From IMG/VR virus record IMGVR_UViG_3300021133_000004, positions 1 to 59,960 of that record: DNA of 59,960 nt; one strand, given 5' to 3'. The stretch is from a virus (Duplodnaviria > Caudoviricetes). Under the pieces are notes generated by a model that was given only the letters and a program-made list of their open reading frames with translations, ran no database searches and had not been told where the DNA came from. Position 1 is the stretch's first letter; the number at the start of each line of letters is the position of its first letter. A program made the position numbers and the translations under genes. This document shows, piece after piece, positions 36,615 to 45,871 of the stretch.

Positions 36615-37082
36615 TCAAGTATACAATCGCCATTTCAGTGCCTCGGGTTCCGGCATCAAATTCAGAATGGCAACCGCAGCCGCCAGCGCGGGCACCTTGT
36701 CCCGCTTCGCGAGCAAGTCCGCCACCGTGCCAGACTTTGGCTTGATGGTGTACAAATGCCCGTCCGCCTTTTTGAACAAAACCGCGCGCTTGATTGCGCG
36801 CCGATAGTCCGCCGCAACAAGGTGCTTCAAGAAAATATCATCAATCACGATATCCGCGTCTTGCTCCAAGGTGCTGCCATAACCTTCGAGCGGCGGCAGC
36901 GTTTTTGCGTAGGCGTTCAAGCGGTCTTCAAGTTCTCGCGGGTGATATGAATTGCAACCGCCGTAACCTTCATTGCTGACAGTGCCGGCGCGCTTGCCGT
37001 CAATGTAAACTGTTGCTTCGAAACAATTCGTTTCCTGCGAAGCGAACGCCGCATGCTTCACGTTTTTCAATTCAATGAACAT
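36615..37082 (-). CDS. Hypothetical phage protein whose last codons were replaced by the IS
   Basis: SQETNCF.A..YIDGK....N.G.GG motif. Now ends LKWRLYT*. The empty site would read LKLYSAA*. Confidence 0.7.
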   Translation of the reverse strand: MFIELKNVKHAAFASQETNCFEATVYIDGKRAGTVSNEGYGGCNSYHPRELEDRLNAYAKTLPPLEGYGSTLEQDADIVIDDIFLKHLVAADYRRAIKRAVLFKKADGHLYTIKPKSGTVADLLAKRDKVPALAAAVAILNLMPEPEALKWRLYT

Positions 37083-37282
37083 TTGCTGTTTCCCTTTCCT
37101 TTGTTATTTTCAATGCAATCTTTTTTGCTGCGTTAACGTCTTTGCGAGACATTCTAAACCCGTTTGCAATTAAGCTGGATATGCTAACCATCATGTCTTT
37201 TGTATGTTCCGTTGGTGCCATGATGGCGAATGCCAGCGTTTCGCCCAAGTATTGGACCAATTCTTCTTTTGTTTTTCCCATA

Positions 37283-37552
37283 TCAAGACCCAACGCTGGC
37301 ATAATATCCGGCCGCGCATATCTGGTAGCGTTTGCGGCCGTCTTTTTCCGTATCACCAATAGGCCATGCGTCCGCTCTGCATCCAGCAACAAAGATTATG
37401 GCCTCCAAAACGTCATCAAGTTCCGCCGGCGTGAGCCAAAGCTTTTTGTTGATCCTGCTTTTCCAGTTTTTGGGCGCGACAGTACGGAACGCTGCGCGCA
37501 ATTGTTCGGCCCGCTCAGGCGTGGGCAGCCAGTCTTCTATTGTCATGTTCAA
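37283..37552 (-). CDS. Hypothetical protein
   Basis: F..VAPKNWK..I and A.GYY motifs. A further small ORF lies at 37072-37281. Confidence 0.6.
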   Translation of the reverse strand: MNMTIEDWLPTPERAEQLRAAFRTVAPKNWKSRINKKLWLTPAELDDVLEAIIFVAGCRADAWPIGDTEKDGRKRYQICAAGYYASVGS

Positions 37553-37907
37553 TTTCCTTCTGTTGCTTTGGCGATTGCAGCGCGGGCTTTTGCCAAGGCA
37601 TCGGCGTCATCTTCCCCCCAGCAGTAATAATCCTTCGCGAGAAAACAGCCCCAAAGTAAGTCCATAACGCCTTCAGCCTTTTTTAAAGCCTCCAGCAATT
37701 CAGGCGCGGCCGCGATAAGGCGGGCATTTGCGCGTTGCTCGCTGTGATCGTTTGCAATTACCGTTAAAGGCAATGACGTTTTGTCTGCGCGCGTTATGCG
37801 GTAATCGTGCGCATGGTTGCTAGTGTAGGTGCAGCCCCATGGGCCGGGGGTGTGTTGCGTTTTCATTGTTCAATTTCCTTCTGTTGCTTTGGCGATTGCA
37901 GCGCGGG
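37546..37907. repeat. 41-bp perfect direct repeat flanking one gene
   Basis: TGTTCAATTTCCTTCTGTTGCTTTGGCGATTGCAGCGCGGG at 37546-37586 and 37867-37907. Confidence 0.92.
37549..37866 (-). CDS. Hypothetical phage protein of the HTPGPW...ANARLIAAAPELLEAL type
   Basis: HTPGPW, ANARLIAAAPELLEAL and ARAAIAKA motifs. Confidence 0.75.
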   Translation of the reverse strand: MKTQHTPGPWGCTYTSNHAHDYRITRADKTSLPLTVIANDHSEQRANARLIAAAPELLEALKKAEGVMDLLWGCFLAKDYYCWGEDDADALAKARAAIAKATEGN

Positions 37908-37955
37908 AAGCCCGCATATGTTGACGTTTATGTTTTTTGGCATGGTTTTTCCCTG

Positions 37956-38276
37956 TTAACGTGCGCGGGGATGGTTAGCGCAAAAGGTTTTAAAGTGTTC
38001 GGGCTCCATCTTCATTACTCGCTCAAGTTCTGCCCATTGTTCGCGGGATGGTCCGAAATATCCGCCTTGCGGGTTTTCTGCATGGCGGTCCAATACCACG
38101 CGCTTTTTTGTATCGTCCAAAATAAACAGTCCGTTATGCTCGGGCCCGATTAGTCCGAACGCGTTATAAGCACCGGCAATGCCAATAATATAATCGCGCT
38201 TGCCAATGCGGCGACGGCGGGCCGCGCCGTCCGCATGCATATAATTCCCGATGCGGTTTTGGATACCTTGAGACAT
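37956..38276 (-). CDS. Hypothetical protein
   Basis: 106-aa ORF with an AGGGG RBS. Confidence 0.6.
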   Translation of the reverse strand: MSQGIQNRIGNYMHADGAARRRRIGKRDYIIGIAGAYNAFGLIGPEHNGLFILDDTKKRVVLDRHAENPQGGYFGPSREQWAELERVMKMEPEHFKTFCANHPRAR

Positions 38277-38290
38277 GTTTTCCCCTTTCC

Positions 38291-38962
38291 TTAGTTCGAA
38301 ACAATGTTGGACACTTTACGCTTGCTAGTACCATGGGCCGGGAAGCCTATGATGCTTTTCCGGCCCGCTTCCGCGCACAAGCCGCAAGATGCGCATTGCA
38401 CGTTATCTGAAATGGTGGCGGGACAAATCGCAACATGACGGCCCGCCGGGGTTTTAAGCGCGGTTGTTTGATCGCTTGGCAGAACAACCGCAACCGGCGC
38501 GCCGGTTTCCGCCAATTCGTCCGCCTCCGCCAGATTATCGGCCGACAAATTGACCGTGAAACCCTCGCGCAAAGCAACGCGGACCATTGTCAGGTTCGCA
38601 AGCGTCATGGGCTTGTGAGTGTAGGTGAAACCGCGCCGGCCGCGATTGGCTTTTACAAGTTCGCCAAACGCAACCGGATCAATATCGTTTCCCTCGCCGG
38701 GCAAATCGCCGGCTTGGTTATGTCGCCACAGTGTTCCCTTTGGCAAAGCGGCAATGGCGCGCATTGCGTCCGCCCATGCCAAGCCCGCCTTGTGCGCGCT
38801 AACCTTTTTCCAGAACATGCCAAGCGGGCCCGTTTCCGCATAACAGCCTGTCCCCTTGAGCGGGCAAGCCGGGGGACATGTTTCCGCGCTAGTGGTGGTG
38901 ACGGGGATCGGGCCGGTTTTGGCATTGGCCGATACTCGGGTAAAAGCGATGTGTGGGCGCAT
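38291..38962 (-). CDS. Cys-rich protein (DUF7227 / Gp88-like, degenerate radical-SAM-like)
   Basis: NAKTG, TCP..CP....CYA, RHNQAGD, FTYTH, VNLSA and CP...C..C.LC...F.AHG motifs. Confidence 0.65.
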   Translation of the reverse strand: MRPHIAFTRVSANAKTGPIPVTTTSAETCPPACPLKGTGCYAETGPLGMFWKKVSAHKAGLAWADAMRAIAALPKGTLWRHNQAGDLPGEGNDIDPVAFGELVKANRGRRGFTYTHKPMTLANLTMVRVALREGFTVNLSADNLAEADELAETGAPVAVVLPSDQTTALKTPAGRHVAICPATISDNVQCASCGLCAEAGRKSIIGFPAHGTSKRKVSNIVSN

Positions 38963-39072
38963 GGGTTATCCCTTTTGTTAGCAAATCAATGCCCGCACCT
39001 TATCGCGTAACGCGAACGGGGCGAAGCAATATCTTTTAGAATTGTTCTAAATTACCAGGCGGCCGGCCGGGC

Positions 39073-39098
39073 AAAAAAGCCCCTTTTGGGGCTTTTTT
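39073..39098. terminator. Bidirectional intrinsic terminator
   Basis: AAAAAAGCCCC-TTTT-GGGGCTTTTTT. Confidence 0.75.
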
Positions 39099-39123
39099 CC
39101 GGCTTGTGGGGCTTTTGTGGGGC

Positions 39124-39384
39124 TTAAACGTAGGCGGCTTCGATTTGGTTGCAGCAATGGTCGCAATACAAGGCGGCATCTTCCCAATTAATGTCGGCCC
39201 CTTCTGGATGCCAGCCGCTTCTGGTGTCATGCGACAAGGCCGCGCCGACAATGCTGCGCCATTGGGATTTGACACAAGCGGGGCAAAGACGGCCGCCGTC
39301 TGTGGTGACAATGTACATGGGATACCCACCCGGCCATGCGTAAACATCGCGGGCGACATTTTTGGCGGCTTGCAGGTTTTTCAT
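39124..39384 (-). CDS. Small Cys-rich phage protein, first gene of the leftward arm
   Basis: YAWPGGYP...DG..LC..C and NWE...LYCD.C...I..AY motifs. Confidence 0.7.
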   Translation of the reverse strand: MKNLQAAKNVARDVYAWPGGYPMYIVTTDGGRLCPACVKSQWRSIVGAALSHDTRSGWHPEGADINWEDAALYCDHCCNQIEAAYV

Positions 39385-39894
39385 GGCAGGGCTTCCTTTG
39401 GCGGTTTCGGGCAGTCAGTCTTCCCGTGTTATATGTCGCATATTGCGAGGGGTGAAGCAAACCTATTTCCTGCATTCTCGGTTAATTCTTGCATTACTTG
39501 AGACTGGTTATTAACTAGGGTTAAAGCTTTGTTTTATAAGGAATAATAGTAATATATATATAAAGATTATATATTTTTACATTCTTTCACTATATCAGTT
39601 TCACCCCCTTCCCCTCCCCCCTCCCCCTCCCCCTTTAGATAGCCCGATTGCTGAGAATGCAGTTTTTCGCGCTGCAACATGGTTTTTTGTGTTAGTTTCC
39701 AGGCGGTTACAGGCAAATCAATTCTCGCATGCTGCAATGGCGAAAATGTAGGAATATTGAAATCATTGAATAATCCCTTGCGGGAATAGAAAACTACCGC
39801 AAGTGCGAAGGGAAGTGGCCGGCTTGGCCGGGCTTGTATCCCGAGCCCGATGTTTCACTCTTTGGCTAGTGTAAAACCCGCCAAAGGCGATTTG

Positions 39895-40536
39895 ATGCCC
39901 GAACCAGATCCCGAACAGCCCGAGCCTTTTGACGTTTGCCCGCCCGACAAGCCCGTTCACCAAACGCGCGATGCAGTTAACGTGCGCGAAAAACTGGAAG
40001 CGGTGCAACCGCTAATCTATGGCTTGCCGCTTGCGGCTTACGGATTGCCAATGCCTCCGCCGCGCGTTCCTACAATTCAGGGTCAAAAAGGAAAAGGCGG
40101 CAAAGGCGGCCGCGCACCTTTCAAGCCAAGCGATGAACAGCGCGCGGCGGTTTATCAATATGCGGCCGTTGGTGTGCCACAAGAGATCATCGGAAAGCTT
40201 TTAGGCTTTTCGCTTGATACGCTCGAAAAGTATTTTCGCGATGAATTGGACATGGCCGGGCCTGACGCAACGGCGCGCGTTGCGGGCACGTTATGGAAAA
40301 AGGCGATGGATGGCGACACGGCAAGCGCAATCTTCTGGATGAAAACGCGCGGCGGATGGCGCGATGTTTCGCGTACTGAGATAACCGGGCCTGACGGCCG
40401 GCCGATACAAACGCAATCGCAAGTGGTTCACCTCGACACAAGCGCGCTTGATGTTGAAGCGCGCGATGCCTTGCAACAGGCGTTGCTCTCTGCGCGCGGC
40501 GATATCATTGACACCGATGCGACCGATGTTGAATGA
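39895..40536 (+). CDS. terS: Terminase small subunit (putative)
   Basis: HTH GVPQEII..LLG.S.DTL.KYF..EL and AM.GD..S.IFW.KTRGGW...EITG.DG.PI motifs. Upstream of TerL. Start uncertain. Confidence 0.7.
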   Translation: MPEPDPEQPEPFDVCPPDKPVHQTRDAVNVREKLEAVQPLIYGLPLAAYGLPMPPPRVPTIQGQKGKGGKGGRAPFKPSDEQRAAVYQYAAVGVPQEIIGKLLGFSLDTLEKYFRDELDMAGPDATARVAGTLWKKAMDGDTASAIFWMKTRGGWRDVSRTEITGPDGRPIQTQSQVVHLDTSALDVEARDALQQALLSARGDIIDTDATDVE

Positions 40537-40557
40537 CGCGCGCGCCTGGCGCTATTA

Positions 40558-40720
40558 GTCCGCGCACTGATCAATCGCCAGCCGGCGCCTGGGCGAATTA
40601 ATCCGCACACGGACAAAGCAATCTGCACACGGACGAACTGATCAGCACACGGATCAATTGCTCCGCACACTGATCATCCTCGCACGGATAATCAGCACAC
40701 TGACCATCCGCACACGGACA
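40558..40720 (+). repeat. Array of about 8 copies of a 14-bp motif ATC(C/A)GCACAC(G/T)GA(C/T)
   Basis: Copies at 40558, 40601, 40621, 40641, 40661, 40676, 40691 and 40706. Confidence 0.85.
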
Positions 40721-40899
40721 ATAAGTCCCTCCCCGCCCCGCCCCCGGAGAATCCCAGCAGATACTCTCAGGTACCAGTGAAACCCCGCAAAACCGAAACG
40801 CGCCAAAAAATAAATTGACCGCGGTTTCTCAAAAAGCGAATCCCATAAAATAATTAAAGTACCCCCAGGGGGGTACCCCCAAAAATTTCAAGGTACCAT

Positions 40900-41238
40900 C
40901 TAGCGCCCGGCCATCAGCCTAGCCAGCGACGGCGGCCGGATGGTGCTGGTGGGGTCTGTGCTGACCGGCAGCACGGCTTTCTTTTGGGGCGGCAGCTTGA
41001 AATTTCCCGGCCTGCCCGGCACCCGCATCAGTTCGCCGCTTTTGACCATGAGGGCCAGGACGTTGCCGCACCCGGTCTTGCTGATCGGCAGGTCTTTGAC
41101 TTCGGGCAGCGTGTGGTGGACTTCGTGGAAGCTGACCGACTCGACGTTTGAGAGCATGGCCATGACAACTTCGGTGATCAGCGCCCGGCGGCGGGCGGCA
41201 TCGACTTGAACTTTGTGCGGCTTGAACAGCGGATCCAT
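40900..41238 (-). CDS. Hypothetical protein (possible winged helix) between terS and terL
   Basis: 112-aa ORF with an AAGGA RBS, opposite in direction to the packaging genes. Confidence 0.5.
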   Translation of the reverse strand: MDPLFKPHKVQVDAARRRALITEVVMAMLSNVESVSFHEVHHTLPEVKDLPISKTGCGNVLALMVKSGELMRVPGRPGNFKLPPQKKAVLPVSTDPTSTIRPPSLARLMAGR

Positions 41239-41353
41239 GGAATTTCCTTTAGTTGGTGCCGGACCCTACCGGGGTGGCCGAAGTCTTGTCTAGACTTGTA
41301 AACGGGCGTAGCGTCCCGATGTTAGCAGCATCGCATTTTGTGATCAGGGGCTT

Positions 41354-43129
41354 ATGGGCAAGAAGTTTATGTTTGGCGGCAAGGAGTACGACCTTGACGC
41401 GACGTTGATCGATCTGGAGCGGAACAAGTGCGAAGAGGACTTGTACGAGTTCATGGTCGCTGCGTGGAAGTATATTGACCCAAACCCGTTTGTGCATGGC
41501 TGGCCGCTCGAGGCGGTGAGCGAGGCTTTGATGGCTGTCGCGGACGGCGATATCCGCCGGCTGATTGTGAACATCCCGCCGCGCTGTTCCAAGAGTACGC
41601 TGTGCAGCGTGGCGTTTCCGGCCTGGGTCTGGGCGCAGCGCAAGAAGTCTGCGACTTGCGGGCCGGGTGTGCAGTTTCTGACGGCGTCGTTTGCCCAGCA
41701 GTTGAGTTTGCGTGACAGCGTGAAGACGCGCCGCTTGCTGGACAGTAGCTGGTACAAGGAGCGGTGGGGCGATCGGTTTATGCTGACGAGCGACCAGAAC
41801 ACGAAGGGTCGTTATGACAATGACCAGGGCGGGAGCCGTCTGGCGACTTCGGTGGGTTCGGCGCTGACTGGTGAAGGCGGCAATATCATTATTGTTGACG
41901 ACCCGAACGCGGCGCAGGAGGCGTTCAGCGAGGCGACGATCGCGACGACGATCGATTGGTGGGACAGCGCGCTTAGTACGCGATTGAACGATGCCAAGAG
42001 GGGCGCGTTTATTATCATTCAGCAGAGGCTGGCTGAGAATGATTTGACCGGCCACATTCTGGAAAAGCAGGTTGGCGACTGGCACCATTTGTGTTTGCCG
42101 ATGAAGTACGAGTGGGAGCGGCACAGTTATCTGGTTACGGGCTGGCAGGATCCAAGGGGTTTGGATGATGAGGGCGAGCCGCTGGTTTATGTTGACGAGA
42201 GCGGACGGCGGATACCTAGGGATTCGGCGGCGCAGAAGGTTTTGACGGAGGAGCGGCAGAACATGCTGCTTTGGCCTGACCGGTTCGGCGAGACTGAAGT
42301 GCGGTTGCTGGAGCAGCAGTTGGGTCCGTTTGCGGCGGCTGGTCAGTTGCAGCAGCGGCCGGATCCGGCTGACGGCGGCGTGATCAAGAAGGAATGGTGG
42401 CAGCCATGGGATTTGGATTCGTTCCCGCCGTTTGATTATGTGATTGCGGCTTTGGACACGGCGTACACGACCAAGACGGAAAATGATTTTAGCGCGCTGA
42501 GTGTCTGGGGCATTTTTAGCGCGACGGTGGCTAATTCGCCGTCGAACTATGTTGGCCGGAACAATGAGCGGGCGAGCCAGAGCGAACGCGAGGACATATT
42601 CGACGAGGCGATGCGGATCAGGAATAAGCTTGAGACTGGATTTGGCGAGCAGTCGCCGAAGGTGATGCTGATTCATGCGTGGCAGGAGCGGCTGGAACTG
42701 CATGAACTGGTTGAGAAAGTTGCCAAGACGGCAAAGCAGTACAAGGTTGACAAGCTGATTGTCGAAAACAAGGCGGCCGGCCACTCGGTGGCGCAGGAAA
42801 TCCGCCGGCTGTACAACTCGTCCAGCTTTGCCTGCCAGTTGGTGGATCCGAAGTCTCAAGACAAGCTGGCCCGGCTGTATTCGGTTCAGCATCTGTTTGC
42901 CGAAGGCATGGTACATGCGCCCGATCGGCAGTGGGCGGACATGGTGATCCAGCAGGTTGGGCAGTTTCCGAAGGGAAAGCATGACGATTTGGTGGATACG
43001 GTGTCTATGGCGCTGCGGCATTTGCGGGAAATGGGGATGCTGACCCGGTTTGCGGAGCGCACGGAAGAGATTGAGGATATGAAACGGTACATCGGGAAAA
43101 GCTATTCGCAGCCTTTGTACCCAGCTTGA
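41354..43129 (+). CDS. terL: Terminase large subunit
   Basis: NIPPRCSKST (Walker A), IIVDDP (Walker B), QQR, DTA, IVENKAAG and FPKGKHDDLVD motifs. Confidence 0.95.
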   Translation: MGKKFMFGGKEYDLDATLIDLERNKCEEDLYEFMVAAWKYIDPNPFVHGWPLEAVSEALMAVADGDIRRLIVNIPPRCSKSTLCSVAFPAWVWAQRKKSATCGPGVQFLTASFAQQLSLRDSVKTRRLLDSSWYKERWGDRFMLTSDQNTKGRYDNDQGGSRLATSVGSALTGEGGNIIIVDDPNAAQEAFSEATIATTIDWWDSALSTRLNDAKRGAFIIIQQRLAENDLTGHILEKQVGDWHHLCLPMKYEWERHSYLVTGWQDPRGLDDEGEPLVYVDESGRRIPRDSAAQKVLTEERQNMLLWPDRFGETEVRLLEQQLGPFAAAGQLQQRPDPADGGVIKKEWWQPWDLDSFPPFDYVIAALDTAYTTKTENDFSALSVWGIFSATVANSPSNYVGRNNERASQSEREDIFDEAMRIRNKLETGFGEQSPKVMLIHAWQERLELHELVEKVAKTAKQYKVDKLIVENKAAGHSVAQEIRRLYNSSSFACQLVDPKSQDKLARLYSVQHLFAEGMVHAPDRQWADMVIQQVGQFPKGKHDDLVDTVSMALRHLREMGMLTRFAERTEEIEDMKRYIGKSYSQPLYPA

Positions 43130-43323
43130 TGGTGAAATGTCATGTCAAATCAAGGACATATAGAAAATTGCGGCCGGCATGGCGGCATTCGGAAGATTCC
43201 GAAAGGCGAGGGAATGCGGAAGTTCGGGCGGTTTCTGCCCGGATGCCCGAAATGTTTGAAAGAATGGGTAAATCAGGGGTTCCATGCCAGTTGGATGGAC
43301 GAAGATTTCAAGGGGAATGATCA

Positions 43324-43545
43324 GTGAGTGAGAGTGGGCGTGTTCTGGCGAGTGCCACCGTGGACGAGATTCGCGGGGGGCCGGTGCCGTTGTGGGAGGT
43401 AAAGGTCTGGGGCCAGCCGCCTTATGACCACACCCGAACCTATACTATTGAGGCAAAAACTGATAATTTGGCGGCGCAGGAAGGCATTGATCTCTTTGTG
43501 GAAGAGATGCTGTGCTTGCATGACGACGCCATAAGGAAGAATTGA
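43324..43545 (+). CDS. Hypothetical protein between terL and portal
   Basis: 73-aa ORF coupled to the portal. A further small ORF lies at 43142-43327. Confidence 0.55.
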   Translation: MSESGRVLASATVDEIRGGPVPLWEVKVWGQPPYDHTRTYTIEAKTDNLAAQEGIDLFVEEMLCLHDDAIRKN

Positions 43546-43546
43546 T

Positions 43547-45871
43547 ATGTCCGCACCCGGACTCGTTCCGTACAACATTCGTCAACCTGGTCAGCAGGAT
43601 CAGGATCAGCCTGACGCGCAGGACGTTATCGTCGAGATGACCGATGAAGGGGCTGATGTTCCTGACATCGATGAAAAGGGCAACATCCTCAAGATTGAAC
43701 ATGGCGATGGCTCGGTCACGGTATCTCTGGACGGCCGGCCGCTTGAGGAAGCCGGCAAGAAGGGACCGTCTGGCTGGTTTGACAATCTGGTCGATGACAT
43801 TGATCAGGATGAATTGAGCCGCATCAGCGGCGAACTTATGCGCGGTATTGAAAACGATATCGATAGCCGCAAGGACTGGATTGAAGATCGCACTCTGGGT
43901 GTGAAGCTTTTGGGCTTGAAGATCGAAGTGCCCGGTCTTCAGGGTGCCTCGGACGGTGCGCCGGTTGAGGGCATGAGCAAGGTTCGGCATCCTCTCCTCC
44001 TCGAAGCGGTCCTGCGTTTCCAAGCCAACGCCAGGTCTGAACTTCTCCCCACCGACGGCCCCGTTAAAATCCGCAACGACAACAACAATGCGGATCTTCG
44101 CGAAGACCAGTTGGCCAACGCGCTGGAGCGCGACCTGAACCATTACCTGACTTCGGTGGCGACTGAATATTATCCCGATACCGATCGCATGCTGTTGCAG
44201 CTTGGCTTTGGCGGCACGGCGTTCAAGAAGGTTTACTTCTGCCCGCTGCGTAACCGCCCGGTGTCTGAGACGGTGGATGCTGATGATCTGATCGTTAACA
44301 ATTCGGCGACTGATCTTAGCAACGCCAAAAGAATTACGCATCGCGTCATGATGCGGCCTTCGACCGTAAAGCGGTTGCAAATCCTAGGAGTGTACAGAGA
44401 TGTTGAACTTGGACAGCCGGATGCTCAAAAGCTGGATAGTCTTCAGCGTGAAGAAAAGTCTCAGCAGGGTATCCAGCCGGATTCGTTTCGCTATGAAGAC
44501 CGCGATCGCGAAATCTATGAGTGCTATTGCGAACTTAACATCAAGGGTTTTGAGCATAAGCACAAAGGCAAGGAAAGCGGTCTTGAAATTCCTTATCGGG
44601 TAACGATCGACGTTACGTCCAAGGAGATCCTGTCGGTTGTCAGGAATTACGCTGAAGACGATCAGGAACTGCCGGAAGCCAAGCCCAACTTCGTCAAGTA
44701 TACGTTTGTGCCTGGCTTTGGTTTCTATGACATTGGCCTGCTGCACATTCTGGGCAACACGACCAACGCCATCACGGCGGCGTGGCGCGAACTACTGGAT
44801 GCCGGCATGTACGCCAACTTTCCCGGCTTTCTGTTTTCCGACTCTGGCGGCCGGCAGAACACGAACATTTTCCGCGTTCCTCCGGGCGGTGGCGCATTGA
44901 TCAAAACGGGTGGCGCGGCCATCCGTGATGCCATCATGCCGCTTCCGTACAAGGAACCGTCTGGTGCCCTGATGACCCTTGTGGAGAACATGGCCCAGAC
45001 TGGTATGCGCGTTGGCGGCACCAGCGAGATGCAGGTCGGCGAAGGCCGGGCTGACGCGCCGGTTGGCACAACGCTGGCCATGATTGAGCAGGCTGCCAAG
45101 ATCCTGAACTCCGTTCACAAGCGCATGCATGCCGCCCAGGCTGAAGAGTTTCGGCTGCTGGTCGAGTGCTTCAAGGAGCATCCTGAATCGTTCTGGCAGC
45201 GCAAGGGCAAGGCGGCTTATCAGTGGGATGAGCAGACGTTCTTGCAGGCTTTGCAGGACTGCGAACTGACCCCGCAGGCGGACCCGAACACCGCTTCGCA
45301 TGCCCAGCGCGTCATGAAGATCATGGCTTTGAAACAGTTGCAGGCGGCGCAGCCCAGCCTGTACGACCCTATTGCGATCGACACTGCGGCTTTGCAGGCG
45401 ATCGGTTGGTCCAATCCCAGCCAGTTCATGGCACCGGCCAGCGCGCAAGCGTCGCCGCCGCCGGAACTGCAAAAGATTATTGCGGATACAAAGATCAAGC
45501 AGCAGAAGGCCGACGCCGATACGACCAAGGCCAATGCCGACGCGGCCGAAGTTCGGGCCAAGATCCAGCAGGGCGCTTTTGCCCCGCGTCCGCAAAACGG
45601 CGGCGGTCTGGGTGCCGGCTCTACTCAGGTCGATACCGAAGTAGACAAGATGATGGCCCAGGCCAAGCTGATGGACGCCCGCACCAAGGCGCGCGATATC
45701 GATGTCAAGCATCACGATGTGCTGCTTGAGAACCAGAACCGCGATCTGGACCGCCACAGCCGCGAGAAGGCGCAGGTGCTGGAACTGGCGCGGGACATCA
45801 TCGCGCACCCGGAAGAAAAGAACGAAGTGCCAAAGGCGGTTAAATCAGCCAAGAAAGATGTCGAGTCGTGA
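43547..45871 (+). CDS. Portal protein
   Basis: 774 aa after TerL. HPLLLEA..FQA.A..EL.P..GPVK, GTAFKKVY and APVGTTLA..E motifs, with a coiled-coil C-terminus. Confidence 0.9.
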   Translation: MSAPGLVPYNIRQPGQQDQDQPDAQDVIVEMTDEGADVPDIDEKGNILKIEHGDGSVTVSLDGRPLEEAGKKGPSGWFDNLVDDIDQDELSRISGELMRGIENDIDSRKDWIEDRTLGVKLLGLKIEVPGLQGASDGAPVEGMSKVRHPLLLEAVLRFQANARSELLPTDGPVKIRNDNNNADLREDQLANALERDLNHYLTSVATEYYPDTDRMLLQLGFGGTAFKKVYFCPLRNRPVSETVDADDLIVNNSATDLSNAKRITHRVMMRPSTVKRLQILGVYRDVELGQPDAQKLDSLQREEKSQQGIQPDSFRYEDRDREIYECYCELNIKGFEHKHKGKESGLEIPYRVTIDVTSKEILSVVRNYAEDDQELPEAKPNFVKYTFVPGFGFYDIGLLHILGNTTNAITAAWRELLDAGMYANFPGFLFSDSGGRQNTNIFRVPPGGGALIKTGGAAIRDAIMPLPYKEPSGALMTLVENMAQTGMRVGGTSEMQVGEGRADAPVGTTLAMIEQAAKILNSVHKRMHAAQAEEFRLLVECFKEHPESFWQRKGKAAYQWDEQTFLQALQDCELTPQADPNTASHAQRVMKIMALKQLQAAQPSLYDPIAIDTAALQAIGWSNPSQFMAPASAQASPPPELQKIIADTKIKQQKADADTTKANADAAEVRAKIQQGAFAPRPQNGGGLGAGSTQVDTEVDKMMAQAKLMDARTKARDIDVKHHDVLLENQNRDLDRHSREKAQVLELARDIIAHPEEKNEVPKAVKSAKKDVES

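Larger units (their letters stand above)
33778..36631 (-). mobile_element. IS1595-family insertion sequence with passenger genes, 2854 bp
   Basis: Perfect 23-bp TIRs GGCGATTGTATACTTGACTACAC (33778-33800 and 36609-36631). 8-bp TSD ATTTCAGT (33770-33777 and 36632-36639). Intact transposase. Confidence 0.96.

Noticed and set aside
40558-40720. CRISPR array
   Set aside because: Repeats are 14 bp and degenerate, with mostly 1-6 bp gaps and no spacer-sized unique sequence.
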